The notes beneath the pieces are model-generated. The model was not told where the DNA came from. It ran no database searches and saw only the letters and a list, made by a program, of their open reading frames with translations. A stretch of 42,522 bases of DNA from Flavobacteriaceae bacterium. Lineage in GTDB: Bacteria > Bacteroidota > Bacteroidia > Flavobacteriales > Flavobacteriaceae. Shown piece by piece: positions 1-9,153 of this stretch (the first letter of the stretch is position 1; each line of letters starts with the position of its first letter). The position numbers were made by a program, and so were the translations under genes. Where the stretch lies: positions 1-42,522 of the forward strand of contig CANEXR010000001.1 of the NCBI GenBank assembly GCA_947443815.1, written 5' to 3'.

Positions 1-928
1 GGAAAGCATCTCGAAAATAAAGGCGTCTGTCTTCCGTGATTGTAGGTAAGATACCATTGATTTTATTAGCGTATTTTGCTTTGGCTGCAATAACATCGAT
101 AGTGCTTAAGAAATCCTGATATTGAATTAATAAAGGCAAAAATGGGCGAATAGCATTCGATAATTGTTTTAAAATACGGGTAATTTCTTCTTTCTCTTCA
201 TATTCTAAATTGCTTAATTCCCTAGAATATTTTAAAGTTGCTTCAGGTTCAATATAAGCGATACTTCCCGTTTTTGAACTGCCTAAAATAGATCCTTTTA
301 CCTTGCGGCGGTACATGGCTAAAACCGCTAAAACTCTTCTGTTTTGTACAAAACTTTCTTTTATATCATCTAAATAACCGAGAGAATTGTATTGGGTTAA
401 AGCCACTCCAAAACTTTGGTTGACTTTGCCCCGAACTGTATTCATATTGCGTCGAATATTCAATAAATCTGGGGAAGCATTGTCCTTTATTTCGCCATAC
501 TTGTCTACAATTTCATCTACCATTGTAATGATATCTTTTGTAAACTCAACCTCTGATGCACTAGCATTTAGGTTTGGATAATAATCATCAAATTTTTTAA
601 AATACTGTAATAAAAAATTAACAGTGGAAGAAAGTGTTGCTATTTTTCTAAAACTTCCCACTTCAAGAAAACTATCTTCTATTGCCAGAAATCTTATTTC
701 ATGGGTAATGGCATCAAAACCATGGTTTGGGATTGCATTGTTATTTTGAAAAGACGAAACATATTCTGATGTTTGCATCAATGCTTTCATCAAGGACTCT
801 TTGTCTTTAAACGGAGTAATTTCTAGTGCTTTTTGTTTTCCAATATCAGTATTACAAATTGCCGAAATCGTTTCTAAAACGGTTGGGAATTGCAAATCTT
901 GTAATGTTTTTTCGGTAATAGATATCAT
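1..928 (-). CDS. mutS2: Endonuclease MutS2, N-terminal part (runs off the left edge)
   Basis: Not in the ORF track because it is truncated. Manual translation from ATG at 928 gives MISITEKTLQDLQFPTVLETIS...GEIKDNASPDLLNIRR...KVKGSILGSSKTGSIAYIEP..., matching the MutS2 N-terminal pattern; open to the window edge. Confidence 0.9.
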   Translation of the reverse strand, partial: MISITEKTLQDLQFPTVLETISAICNTDIGKQKALEITPFKDKESLMKALMQTSEYVSSFQNNNAIPNHGFDAITHEIRFLAIEDSFLEVGSFRKIATLSSTVNFLLQYFKKFDDYYPNLNASASEVEFTKDIITMVDEIVDKYGEIKDNASPDLLNIRRNMNTVRGKVNQSFGVALTQYNSLGYLDDIKESFVQNRRVLAVLAMYRRKVKGSILGSSKTGSIAYIEPEATLKYSRELSNLEYEEKEEITRILKQLSNAIRPFLPLLIQYQDFLSTIDVIAAKAKYANKINGILPTITEDRRLYFRDAF

Positions 929-951
929 TTTTTAATCTAAGTTGTAAGTTT

Positions 952-959
952 CAAAGTTA
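952..959 (-). promoter_or_regulatory. Bacteroidetes -7 promoter element (TAACTTTG) for mutS2
   Basis: Reverse complement of caaagtta matches TAnnTTTG, about 24 nt upstream of the mutS2 ATG. Confidence 0.55.
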
Positions 960-1040
960 CAAAGTTTAAAAGTGAAATGCGATACTTTTTTTTGTGTACT
1001 TTGAGAAAAACTTTGCGAACTTTGCAATAAAATAATTGGT

Positions 1041-1715
1041 ATGCAAATTAACCTTCATTCCGAATGGCATTCTTTTTTATCAGACGAAATTCAGAAACCC
1101 TATTTTCTGGATATTATTAAGTTTGTTGAACAAGAGTATACTAACAATATATGTTATCCTCCAAAAGAATTAATTTTTGCAGCTTTCAACAGTTGCAATT
1201 TTAGTGATATTAAAGTGGTTATCATTGGGCAAGATCCCTATCATGGAAAAGGGGAAGCCAATGGATTGTGTTTTTCTGTAAATCAAGGTGTGCGGATTCC
1301 ACCATCCCTACGAAATATTTATAGGGAAATGGTTGCGGATTTAGAAACGCTTTTCTTTCCTACTTCTGGAAATTTGGAATCTTGGGCAAAGCAGGGTGTT
1401 TTACTCTTAAATGCTTCGTTAACGGTGCGAGAAGACAGTCCAAACAGTCATAAACATTTAAAATGGAATCTTTTTACGGATGCTGTTATTCAAAAAATCT
1501 CTGACGAGAAAGAACATGTTGTATTTTTACTTTGGGGTAGTTTTGCTCACAAGAAAGGTCTGAAAATTGATCGCAATAAACATCTAGTTTTAGAAACGGG
1601 TCATCCATCACCAATGAGCGCCAATCAAGGAAAATGGTTTGGAAACAAGCATTTCAGCAAAACAAATACGTATTTAAAAAATAACAATTTGCAACCTATA
1701 ACTTGGGCGGAATAG
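1041..1715 (+). CDS. ung: Uracil-DNA glycosylase (family 1)
   Basis: GQDPYH, GVLLLN, WG and HPSP motifs. Confidence 0.97.
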   Translation: MQINLHSEWHSFLSDEIQKPYFLDIIKFVEQEYTNNICYPPKELIFAAFNSCNFSDIKVVIIGQDPYHGKGEANGLCFSVNQGVRIPPSLRNIYREMVADLETLFFPTSGNLESWAKQGVLLLNASLTVREDSPNSHKHLKWNLFTDAVIQKISDEKEHVVFLLWGSFAHKKGLKIDRNKHLVLETGHPSPMSANQGKWFGNKHFSKTNTYLKNNNLQPITWAE

Positions 1716-1734
1716 ATAAATCAAACAGTTTAAG

Positions 1735-2109
1735 TTATTTTTTTTCAATATCCTGCAATACGGCTTTGTCAGAATAATTAATAACTTTAAGTATTATTTT
1801 CTGATTTTTGATTGTTTTTCCTTCGATAACGTAGAGCTTTCCTTTTTGAAATTCAACGTTACTTTGGTCAAAATCGACATCACCAAATTTCAAGGTGTTT
1901 TTTATATCTGTAGTATCTATCCAACTTTCGGATAAAATTTTAGATGCTTTTTCAGAATAACCAAAAGGTTTATTTCTCAAATCATTCAATACTCTGGCAT
2001 TTGGAAAATAATTACAACGGGTATCTTTTCCACTAAAAACCATGGCTACAAAAAACATTCCCATAATCAAACCAATAAAATAATAAGCAAAACGATGTAT
2101 AAACTTCAT
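1735..2109 (-). CDS. Conserved membrane-anchored protein, DUF4258-like
   Basis: N-terminal TM helix followed by CNYFPNARVL; resembles the conserved flavobacterial gene downstream of ald. TACCTTTG -7 element at 2126-2133 (minus strand). Confidence 0.65.
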   Translation of the reverse strand: MKFIHRFAYYFIGLIMGMFFVAMVFSGKDTRCNYFPNARVLNDLRNKPFGYSEKASKILSESWIDTTDIKNTLKFGDVDFDQSNVEFQKGKLYVIEGKTIKNQKIILKVINYSDKAVLQDIEKK

Positions 2110-2146
2110 GAAGTAATTTTTTTGGCAAAGGTAAATGAAAGTTTAT

Positions 2147-3346
2147 TTAAAAAACAATTAAATTAATGTCGCTAACAGGTAAATCAAACCATTCTCCAAT
2201 AGCTTTATTAGTAAGGATTCCATGATACATATACACCCCGTTTTTTAATCCTTTGTCACAACGAATAGCACTTTCAATACCGCCATCTTCGGCAATTTGC
2301 ATTAAATAAGGCGTAATAATATTGCTAATAGATAATGAGGCCGTTTTAGAATAACGAGAAGGAATATTTGGAACACAATAATGCAATACATTACTTTTTA
2401 TAAACGTAGGTCTTTCATGGGTAGTGACTTCAGAAGTTTCAAAACAACCTCCTGTATCAATACTTACATCTACAATAACAGCCCCTTTTTTCATGTGTTC
2501 GACCATAGTTTCAGTAACCACTACAGGGCAGCGCTCTTTTCCTCGCATTGCACCAATAGCTACATCACAACGTCTGAGTGCTTTTAATAAAGATTTGGGT
2601 TGGATTGTCGATGTGAAAATGCGTTGGTTTAAGTTGTTTTGCAAACGCCGTAATTTTGTAATTGAATTATCAAAAACCTTCACATTCGCTCCTAAACCAA
2701 TTGCTGTTTTTGCAGCAAATTCTCCAACAGTTCCTGCACCAAGAATGACAACATCAGTAGGAGGAACCCCAGTAATATTTCCAAATAACAGCCCTTTTCC
2801 AAACTCATTTGTAATCATAAGTTCTGCAGCAATTAATACAGATGCCGTTCCCGCAATTTCACTCAATGATTTTACTGCTGGATAGGTTCCATCTTCGTCT
2901 TTTATGTATTCAAAAGCTAGTGCAGTGATTTTTTTCTTAGACAAAGCTTCAAAATATTCTTTTTTTCTGGTTTTTATTTGGATTGCGGATATTAGAATCG
3001 TTTTAGGATGCATCATTTCGATTTCGGCTAGGGTAGCAGGTTCTACTTTTAGTAGCATCGGACAACTAAAGACTTTTTTGGTATCACTAGTCACTTCAGC
3101 ACCAGCATCACTATATTCTTTGTCAGTGTAACTTGAACTTTGTCCAGCACCTGATTCAATCATAACGCGATGACCATGATAAGTCAAAGAATTTACAGCA
3201 TCTGGTGTGAGACAAATACGGCGTTCTTGATAACTGGTCTCTTTTGGAATACCAATAAAAAGCTCGCTTTTTTGTCTGCCAATCTCCAATTTTTCTTCCT
3301 GTGGCAAAAGTTGCTGCTTAGTGAATGGGGTGTTTATTACTGACAT
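2147..3346 (-). CDS. ald: Alanine dehydrogenase / AlaDh-PNT family protein
   Basis: IGIPKE...ERR, ESGAG, SEIAG, GAGTVG Rossmann motif, DVSIDTGGCFETS, HYCVPNIP. Confidence 0.85.
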   Translation of the reverse strand: MSVINTPFTKQQLLPQEEKLEIGRQKSELFIGIPKETSYQERRICLTPDAVNSLTYHGHRVMIESGAGQSSSYTDKEYSDAGAEVTSDTKKVFSCPMLLKVEPATLAEIEMMHPKTILISAIQIKTRKKEYFEALSKKKITALAFEYIKDEDGTYPAVKSLSEIAGTASVLIAAELMITNEFGKGLLFGNITGVPPTDVVILGAGTVGEFAAKTAIGLGANVKVFDNSITKLRRLQNNLNQRIFTSTIQPKSLLKALRRCDVAIGAMRGKERCPVVVTETMVEHMKKGAVIVDVSIDTGGCFETSEVTTHERPTFIKSNVLHYCVPNIPSRYSKTASLSISNIITPYLMQIAEDGGIESAIRCDKGLKNGVYMYHGILTNKAIGEWFDLPVSDINLIVF

Positions 3347-3442
3347 TTGGATTGTTAAATTAGAGGCACAATTTACGCAAAAGTTTTAGAAAAATAGCGC
3401 TTTGCAACCCAGATAAATAGGTTCAATAGGTATTATAAAGGA

Positions 3443-3913
3443 TTAAATAATTTTTTCCATTTTTATATCCGCTCTTTCATAAACCCCGTCTTCTAAGGGA
3501 ATTTCTACAAACCCATACTTTTGATATAAATGAATAGCTGAATCTAAGCTTCTATTTGAATATAAAATTAATTTTTCAATTCCCTTTTCTTTGGCAATAG
3601 CAATACAATGTGTCATCATTTTAGTTCCTATTCCAAGACCTTGAACTCCATCAGTTACGGCCATTTTGCTAAGTTCAAAAGTAGTATTGCTAATTTTTAA
3701 TAAGGAAACGGTACCCACAATTTTATCTTTATAACGAGCATAAAAAATCAAACCTCCTTTATCAATAATTTCCCCTTCTGGGTCAGACAATACTGTTTCA
3801 TCTCTGGCTTCTACTTTGAAATATTTTTTGAGCCATTCTAAATTTAATGTTTTAATTGGCTCTTTTAAATCTGATGAAAAGGGAATAATTATAACGGTAT
3901 TTTCTACATTCAT
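3443..3913 (-). CDS. GNAT family N-acetyltransferase
   Basis: ELSKMAV...QGLGIG acetyl-CoA motif A and AIHLYQKYGF motif. Confidence 0.9.
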   Translation of the reverse strand: MNVENTVIIIPFSSDLKEPIKTLNLEWLKKYFKVEARDETVLSDPEGEIIDKGGLIFYARYKDKIVGTVSLLKISNTTFELSKMAVTDGVQGLGIGTKMMTHCIAIAKEKGIEKLILYSNRSLDSAIHLYQKYGFVEIPLEDGVYERADIKMEKII

Positions 3914-3923
3914 AAAGACTATT

Positions 3924-4331
3924 TTAACTTAATACTAAAAAACGTTTTCCATCTGCAAGCAATGTAATATTGATAACAGAATGTAATTCGGGAATTAAAT
4001 TTGGAATCTTTTCCGCCCATTCTATAAAACACCAATTATCCGAATACAAATAATCATCTACACCCATATCCAAAGCTTCTATTTCATGATTTAATCGATA
4101 AAAATCAAAATGATAAACGATTTGATTATCTGCAGTTTGATACTCGTTAACTAAAGAAAAAGTTGGGCTACTAGTTGCCTCTGTAATTCCTAAAGTTTTA
4201 CATAATTGTTTAATTAGTGTAGTTTTACCAACACCCATTTCTCCATTAAAAAGAATCACTTTTTTAGGATTATTTGCTATGATTTGTTGTGCAACTTCTT
4301 CGAGTTGGTCTAATGAAAAAGTAATGTCCAT
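3924..4331 (-). CDS. tsaE: tRNA threonylcarbamoyladenosine biosynthesis ATPase TsaE
   Basis: GEMGVGKTT Walker A, SSPTFSLVNEY, HFDFYRL, FIEW. Start moved from 4373 to ATG 4331 (MDITFSL). Confidence 0.95.
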   Translation of the reverse strand: MDITFSLDQLEEVAQQIIANNPKKVILFNGEMGVGKTTLIKQLCKTLGITEATSSPTFSLVNEYQTADNQIVYHFDFYRLNHEIEALDMGVDDYLYSDNWCFIEWAEKIPNLIPELHSVINITLLADGKRFLVLS

Positions 4332-4402
4332 GTTGTCAAGTATTAGGCGATTTAAATTTAGATGTTTTTTCAAAATTCTAAATACTTTAAAATCAATTCC
4401 TT

Positions 4403-5956
4403 TTATTTGGGATTAAAAACTAAAAACGGAATAATCATTTCTTCTAATGAAATTCCTCCGTGTTGGTATGTGTTTTTATAATAACTCACATAATGATTGT
4501 AATTGTTAACATAGGCTAAAAACAAATCATTTTTCGCAAAAATATACGAACTACTCATATTAATGGAAGGTAATCCAATTTTTTTTGGATCTTTTACCGC
4601 ATAAACATCTTTATATTCATAGGTCAGACTGCGCCCAGTTTTGTAACGCAAGTTTAAACTTGTATTTTTATCACCCACCACTTTCGACGGATTTTTTACA
4701 TTTATGGTTCCATGATCTGTTGTCAAAATCAATTTAAAACCCATTTTTTGTGCCTGTTGTATCATTTCCAAAAGGGGTGAGTTTTTAAACCAGCTTAGAG
4801 TCAACGAGCGATATGCTTTATCATCGGGTGCTAATTCTTTAACAACATCCATTTCTGTTTTGGCGTGAGAAAGCATATCAACAAAATTATACACAACGGT
4901 AACTAAATCATTATTTTTAAGTGATTTGAAATTTTCGACTAGTTTTTTTCCCCCAGCTAAATTTGTAATTTTAAAATAATCTTCTTTTATATGCAACCCC
5001 AAACGTTTCAATTGTGCTGTTAGAAATTCCGCTTCATAGAGATTTTTCCCTCCTTCATCGGGGTCATTTTTCCAGTATTGTGGAAATTGTTTTTCCATTT
5101 CAAGAGGAGTTAAACCAGAGAAAATAGCATTCCGGGCATATTGAGTCGCAGTTGGCAAAATAGCATAATAAGGCACTTCTTTTTCTAGTTTATAATGAAT
5201 GCTAACCACGTTTTCAAAGGCTTTCCATTGATCATAACGCAAGTTATCAATCACCACAAAAAGAATCGGTTTGTCTTTTTTGAGAATCTCAGGAACAACC
5301 AATTCTTTGAATAAAGTATGAGATTGTACTGGTTTATCGGCCTTAGGAACAAACCAATCCTCATAATTGCGCTCTATGAATTTTCCAAATTGCGAATTCG
5401 CCTCTGTTTTCTGGGATTCCAAAATCTCCACCATACTTTGATCATTGATGTTCTCCAATTCAAGTTCCCAAAAAATCAATTTTTTATACAATTCAATCCA
5501 ATCTTCATAAGAATTTACCATCGCCATTTCCATAGTAATTTTGCGAAATTCCTTCTGATAATCTAAAGTTGTTTTTTGTGAAACGAGCCTTGAATGGTCC
5601 AAATTTTTCTTTAAACTCAACAAAATCTGATTCGGATTCACAGGTTTAATCAAATAATCCGCAATTTTTGAACCAATTGCTTCCTCCATAATGTATTCCT
5701 CCTCACTCTTGGTAATCATAATCATAGGAACAGAAGATTTCTTTTCCTTCATTTCCGAAAGCGTTTCTAAACCACTCATACCAGGCATATTTTCATCCAA
5801 AAAAACAATATCAAAATTTGTGGTTTCAAAAATAGCAATAGCATCCAACCCATTATTACAGGTAGTAACCTCGTAATTTTTCTTTTCCAGAAATAAAATA
5901 TGCGGCTTCAAAAGATCAATTTCGTCATCCACCCAAAGTATTTTTATAGTATTCAT
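4403..5956 (-). CDS. porX: PorX response regulator (receiver domain + PglZ/alkaline-phosphatase-superfamily domain)
   Basis: ILWVDDE receiver with DENMPG; PglZ motifs IDNLRYDQW, LPTATQYARNA, TTDHG, YQHGG; adjacent to tsaE as is typical of Bacteroidetes. Confidence 0.93.
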   Translation of the reverse strand: MNTIKILWVDDEIDLLKPHILFLEKKNYEVTTCNNGLDAIAIFETTNFDIVFLDENMPGMSGLETLSEMKEKKSSVPMIMITKSEEEYIMEEAIGSKIADYLIKPVNPNQILLSLKKNLDHSRLVSQKTTLDYQKEFRKITMEMAMVNSYEDWIELYKKLIFWELELENINDQSMVEILESQKTEANSQFGKFIERNYEDWFVPKADKPVQSHTLFKELVVPEILKKDKPILFVVIDNLRYDQWKAFENVVSIHYKLEKEVPYYAILPTATQYARNAIFSGLTPLEMEKQFPQYWKNDPDEGGKNLYEAEFLTAQLKRLGLHIKEDYFKITNLAGGKKLVENFKSLKNNDLVTVVYNFVDMLSHAKTEMDVVKELAPDDKAYRSLTLSWFKNSPLLEMIQQAQKMGFKLILTTDHGTINVKNPSKVVGDKNTSLNLRYKTGRSLTYEYKDVYAVKDPKKIGLPSINMSSSYIFAKNDLFLAYVNNYNHYVSYYKNTYQHGGISLEEMIIPFLVFNPK

Positions 5957-6080
5957 AGTTTTATTTAAAGTAAAAAATCAAAGTGCCAATTTACAGTTTT
6001 TTATAACGGTTTTCTGCTAAAATTATACTAATTTTTCGCTCAATTCAAGCTTCCTAATTCTAAAATTATATCCCTAATTT

Positions 6081-6202
6081 GGGCGTTTCCTCCACAAAAG
6101 CTCCGGCCGGGCTGTACGCTATATCTTTTTTGTCCTCACGAATTGTAGTTTCCTCCACATTTACAATAGACAAAAAAGGATGCCGCTTCCATCCCTAACG
6201 CA
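6081..6202 (-). repeat. Structured interspersed repeat / candidate ncRNA, copy A (Flavo-1-like, unverified)
   Basis: GC-rich island in an AT-rich spacer. Closing GCGTT/AACGC stem, GGGATG...CAGCCC helix, purine-rich internal loop, and a long ATC-C-TTTTTTGTC/GACAAAAAAG-AT stem. Same architecture as 22239-22320. Confidence 0.7.
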
Positions 6203-6456
6203 ACTCACAATAACAACGATATTTTTCTGTTTTTAACGGCTTCAAAGAGCAGCAATCTGTAACGACTTTTTTTATTTATTATGAAACTTTTTGTATATTT
6301 TTGAAAAAGTAAATAGTTATTCTTAATGATTTGAATTTTTAAATTTAAATCATAACTATGGAAATTCATTAAAATTCTAAATCCCATATACTTTAATGAA
6401 CAAATACTAGTTTATAAAAGTTAAAATAGCAATAAAATTAAAACGATTCAATCAAA

Positions 6457-7227
6457 ATGCGAAAAATTAAAGGGGCTAACATTTTATATATTATTTTGTT
6501 GCTGTCAATTTCTCTAAGTGCACAAGAAATAATAAAAAAAGATAGTATAGTTGCAGATAAAAATTCAAATCTAAAATTTAATACAAAACAATTAATTATA
6601 CCCAGTTTGCTAATTGGCTATGGAGTTATTGGATTGGAAAGTGACCAACTCAAAGGATACAATCTTATTATTCGAAACGAAGTATTAGAAGATATTGATA
6701 AAAAAGTTTCCATAGATGATTTTTCTCAATATGCACCTGCATTAGCTGTTTATGGATTAAATAATATAGGAATTCAAGGTAAAAATAATTTAAAAGACCG
6801 AAGTATTATTTTAGGTACTTCTTTTTTATTGGTTTTTACATCTGTAATCGCTTTAAAACATATCACAAATGTTGAACGTCCAGACGGAACTGCTTTTGCA
6901 TTTCCTTCGGGACATACCGCAACTGCTTTTGCGGGTGCTGAATTTTTATGGCAAGAATACAAAGATAAATCAATATGGTATGGGATATCTGGTTATGCTG
7001 TTGCAACCGCAACCGGTATCTTTAGGATTACCAATAATAAACATTGGTTAACTGATGTAGTTGCTGGCGCTGGAATAGGTATATTAAGCACAAAAATAGC
7101 CTATTGGTTAAATCCTTACATCAAAGAAAAAATTTTTAAAGCCACAGAACGAAAAACAGTAATAATGGTGGCCCCTTTTTATGACAACAAACAATTAGGA
7201 TTAAATATGCTACTCCATTTCAAGTAA
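6457..7227 (+). CDS. PAP2 family phosphatase (secreted/membrane)
   Basis: K...RP, FPSGH and R.....HWLTDV motifs; N-terminal signal peptide. Confidence 0.92.
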   Translation: MRKIKGANILYIILLLSISLSAQEIIKKDSIVADKNSNLKFNTKQLIIPSLLIGYGVIGLESDQLKGYNLIIRNEVLEDIDKKVSIDDFSQYAPALAVYGLNNIGIQGKNNLKDRSIILGTSFLLVFTSVIALKHITNVERPDGTAFAFPSGHTATAFAGAEFLWQEYKDKSIWYGISGYAVATATGIFRITNNKHWLTDVVAGAGIGILSTKIAYWLNPYIKEKIFKATERKTVIMVAPFYDNKQLGLNMLLHFK

Positions 7228-7344
7228 AATATTTTTTGAATTATTTTTCTAGGAAATCAAATTCAATTTCCAAAGAGACATAAAAAAACTTAATTAGATT
7301 AGAATAGTGCATAATAAATTAATTTCTAACACAAAATCTTACAC

Positions 7345-7800
7345 ATGCTTCTAGAAACCCTAAAAATACTTTTTGAAAGAGATCTCAAAAAATTAAAATT
7401 AGAGATTGAATTATACCAAAATGAAGACCAGCTTTGGGTAACCAAAAATGGAATTTCAAATGCAGCAGGAAATCTTTGCTTGCATCTAATTGGCAATCTT
7501 AATTGTTATATTGGAGCAGAATTAGGAAAAACAAACTATATCAGAAATAGACCTCTTGAATTTTCGTTGCATTCAATTCCTAAATCAGAATTGCTGACTA
7601 AAATAGACGAAACTATACTTGTTGTTAATCAGTCACTTAGCAAAATAACAGAACAAGAGCTAGAAAACGAATATCCAATTTTGGTTTTGGAAAATAAAAC
7701 TACCGTAGCACATTTTTTAGTACATCTTAGTACACATTTAGCCTATCATTTGGGCCAAATTAACTACCACAGACGTTTAATTGATTTAGAATTAAATTGA
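7345..7800 (+). CDS. DinB/DUF1572 family protein
   Basis: NAAGNLCLHLIGN, RNRPLEF and HLAYHLGQI His triad. Confidence 0.88.
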   Translation: MLLETLKILFERDLKKLKLEIELYQNEDQLWVTKNGISNAAGNLCLHLIGNLNCYIGAELGKTNYIRNRPLEFSLHSIPKSELLTKIDETILVVNQSLSKITEQELENEYPILVLENKTTVAHFLVHLSTHLAYHLGQINYHRRLIDLELN

Positions 7801-7882
7801 ATTAAACCATGCTTTTAAATTATGATAACAATAATTTTTTGGACTTTTCTATCGATATAATTACCCCTAAACTTAATTTCAA

Positions 7883-8290
7883 ATGCAAATCATCATTTCA
7901 GAAACAAGAGATCTACTTTTAGAAGATATTCTAAAGCTTTACAAAGCAAACGAATGGAGCTCTGCCAATAAACCATTACAATTACATCAAGCGCTTTTAA
8001 ATTCAGAATCGCTAATCACAGCTTGGGAAAACAAGAAATTAGTTGGGCTTGGAAATGCAATTTCTGATGGCTATTTAACTGTTTATTATCCCCATTTATT
8101 GGTACTACCAGAATATCAAGGAAAAGGTATTGGCAAAATGATTTTGGAGAAACTACAGGAAAAATACCGAGATTTTCACATGCAAATGCTAACTGCTGAT
8201 GGGAAAGCAGTTGCATTTTATAAAAAAAATGGTTTTGAACGTGCCGGAAAAACCGAACCAATGTGGATTTATCAAGGAGAAGAACACTGA
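7883..8290 (+). CDS. GNAT family N-acetyltransferase
   Basis: LLVLPEYQGKGIGK and FYKKNGF motifs. Confidence 0.92.
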   Translation: MQIIISETRDLLLEDILKLYKANEWSSANKPLQLHQALLNSESLITAWENKKLVGLGNAISDGYLTVYYPHLLVLPEYQGKGIGKMILEKLQEKYRDFHMQMLTADGKAVAFYKKNGFERAGKTEPMWIYQGEEH

Positions 8291-8339
8291 TTCGTTTAGC
8301 ATCAGTTATTTTTTTAAATTTGATTTTAAGCACTGTAAA

Positions 8340-8792
8340 ATGAAGACTATGAAAAAATTAATTCTATTTATTTTTTTAATTGGTATCTTTTCCTGTAACA
8401 AACAAAGAATAGAAAAAAAGGAAGTTAGCAACAATGAAAAATTAATACTTGAGTATTTTGAACATTTCAATAACCATGATTGGATGAAAATGGCAAATAT
8501 GTATACCGAAACAGCCGAATTCAAAGACCCTTCTTTGGGACAAGGAATTGTAAAACAGACTAGAGAACAAACCCAAAAAAAATATAGTGAATTAAATGGT
8601 GTCTTTCCTAATTTGAATGACAAAGTCATTTCCGTTTATCCCTCAGGCAATCAACATATTATTGTTGAGTTTATTTCTACTGGAACAGCAGCAGATAAGT
8701 CAAAATTTGAATTGCCTATCTGCACAATATTTACCATTATTGACGGAAAAATAACTAAAGATTTCACTTATTATGATAACTTTGAAAATTAA
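8340..8792 (+). CDS. NTF2/SnoaL-like lipoprotein
   Basis: Start moved to ATG 8340 (or 8349) because it gives a lipoprotein signal ending IFSC. YFEHFNNHDW...MY...F.DP and DGKITKDFTYYD fit the SnoaL fold. TAAATTTG at 8315-8322. Confidence 0.85.
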   Translation: MKTMKKLILFIFLIGIFSCNKQRIEKKEVSNNEKLILEYFEHFNNHDWMKMANMYTETAEFKDPSLGQGIVKQTREQTQKKYSELNGVFPNLNDKVISVYPSGNQHIIVEFISTGTAADKSKFELPICTIFTIIDGKITKDFTYYDNFEN

Positions 8793-8821
8793 CTAATTTA
8801 ACAGCATTAAAAAACAAAACC

Positions 8822-9025
8822 ATGCAATCAGAAGACAAAAAAAATATATTCTTACTTTCATTTGGCAGTGTATTATTCCTAATGGCTCTTTTTTCCACAG
8901 ACTTAAACGACTTATCTTTTGAACATAATTTAAAAGCATATTTCAAAATAGCAGTTTCTCTTATATTATTAGTAGTCGGATTTTATAAAATTCAAAAAAA
9001 GAAGAAAGAGACTCCTAAAAATTAA
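8822..9025 (+). CDS. Small two-TM hypothetical membrane protein
   Basis: Two hydrophobic helices, basic tail, A-rich start context. Confidence 0.65.
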   Translation: MQSEDKKNIFLLSFGSVLFLMALFSTDLNDLSFEHNLKAYFKIAVSLILLVVGFYKIQKKKKETPKN

Positions 9026-9153
9026 CTTGAAACAATCTGATTTTAGGATTCAAAAATAATATTTATACAAAAGATAAATATTTTTTCATTCAGATGTAAA
9101 AACAAGCAATTTTATTATAAATTTATGCCTTTATCAAACCAAACCAACTTATT

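Noticed and set aside
387-581. Plus-strand 64-aa ORF
   Set aside because: Antisense shadow inside mutS2.
6205-6387. 60-aa minus-strand ORF next to repeat copy A
   Set aside because: Low-complexity AT-rich translation with no motif; probably chance, though not excluded.
8199-8339. N-terminal extension or apparent frameshift fusion of the GNAT and SnoaL genes
   Set aside because: The GNAT ends normally at 8290, and the SnoaL gene has its own ATG, lipoprotein signal and -7 element.
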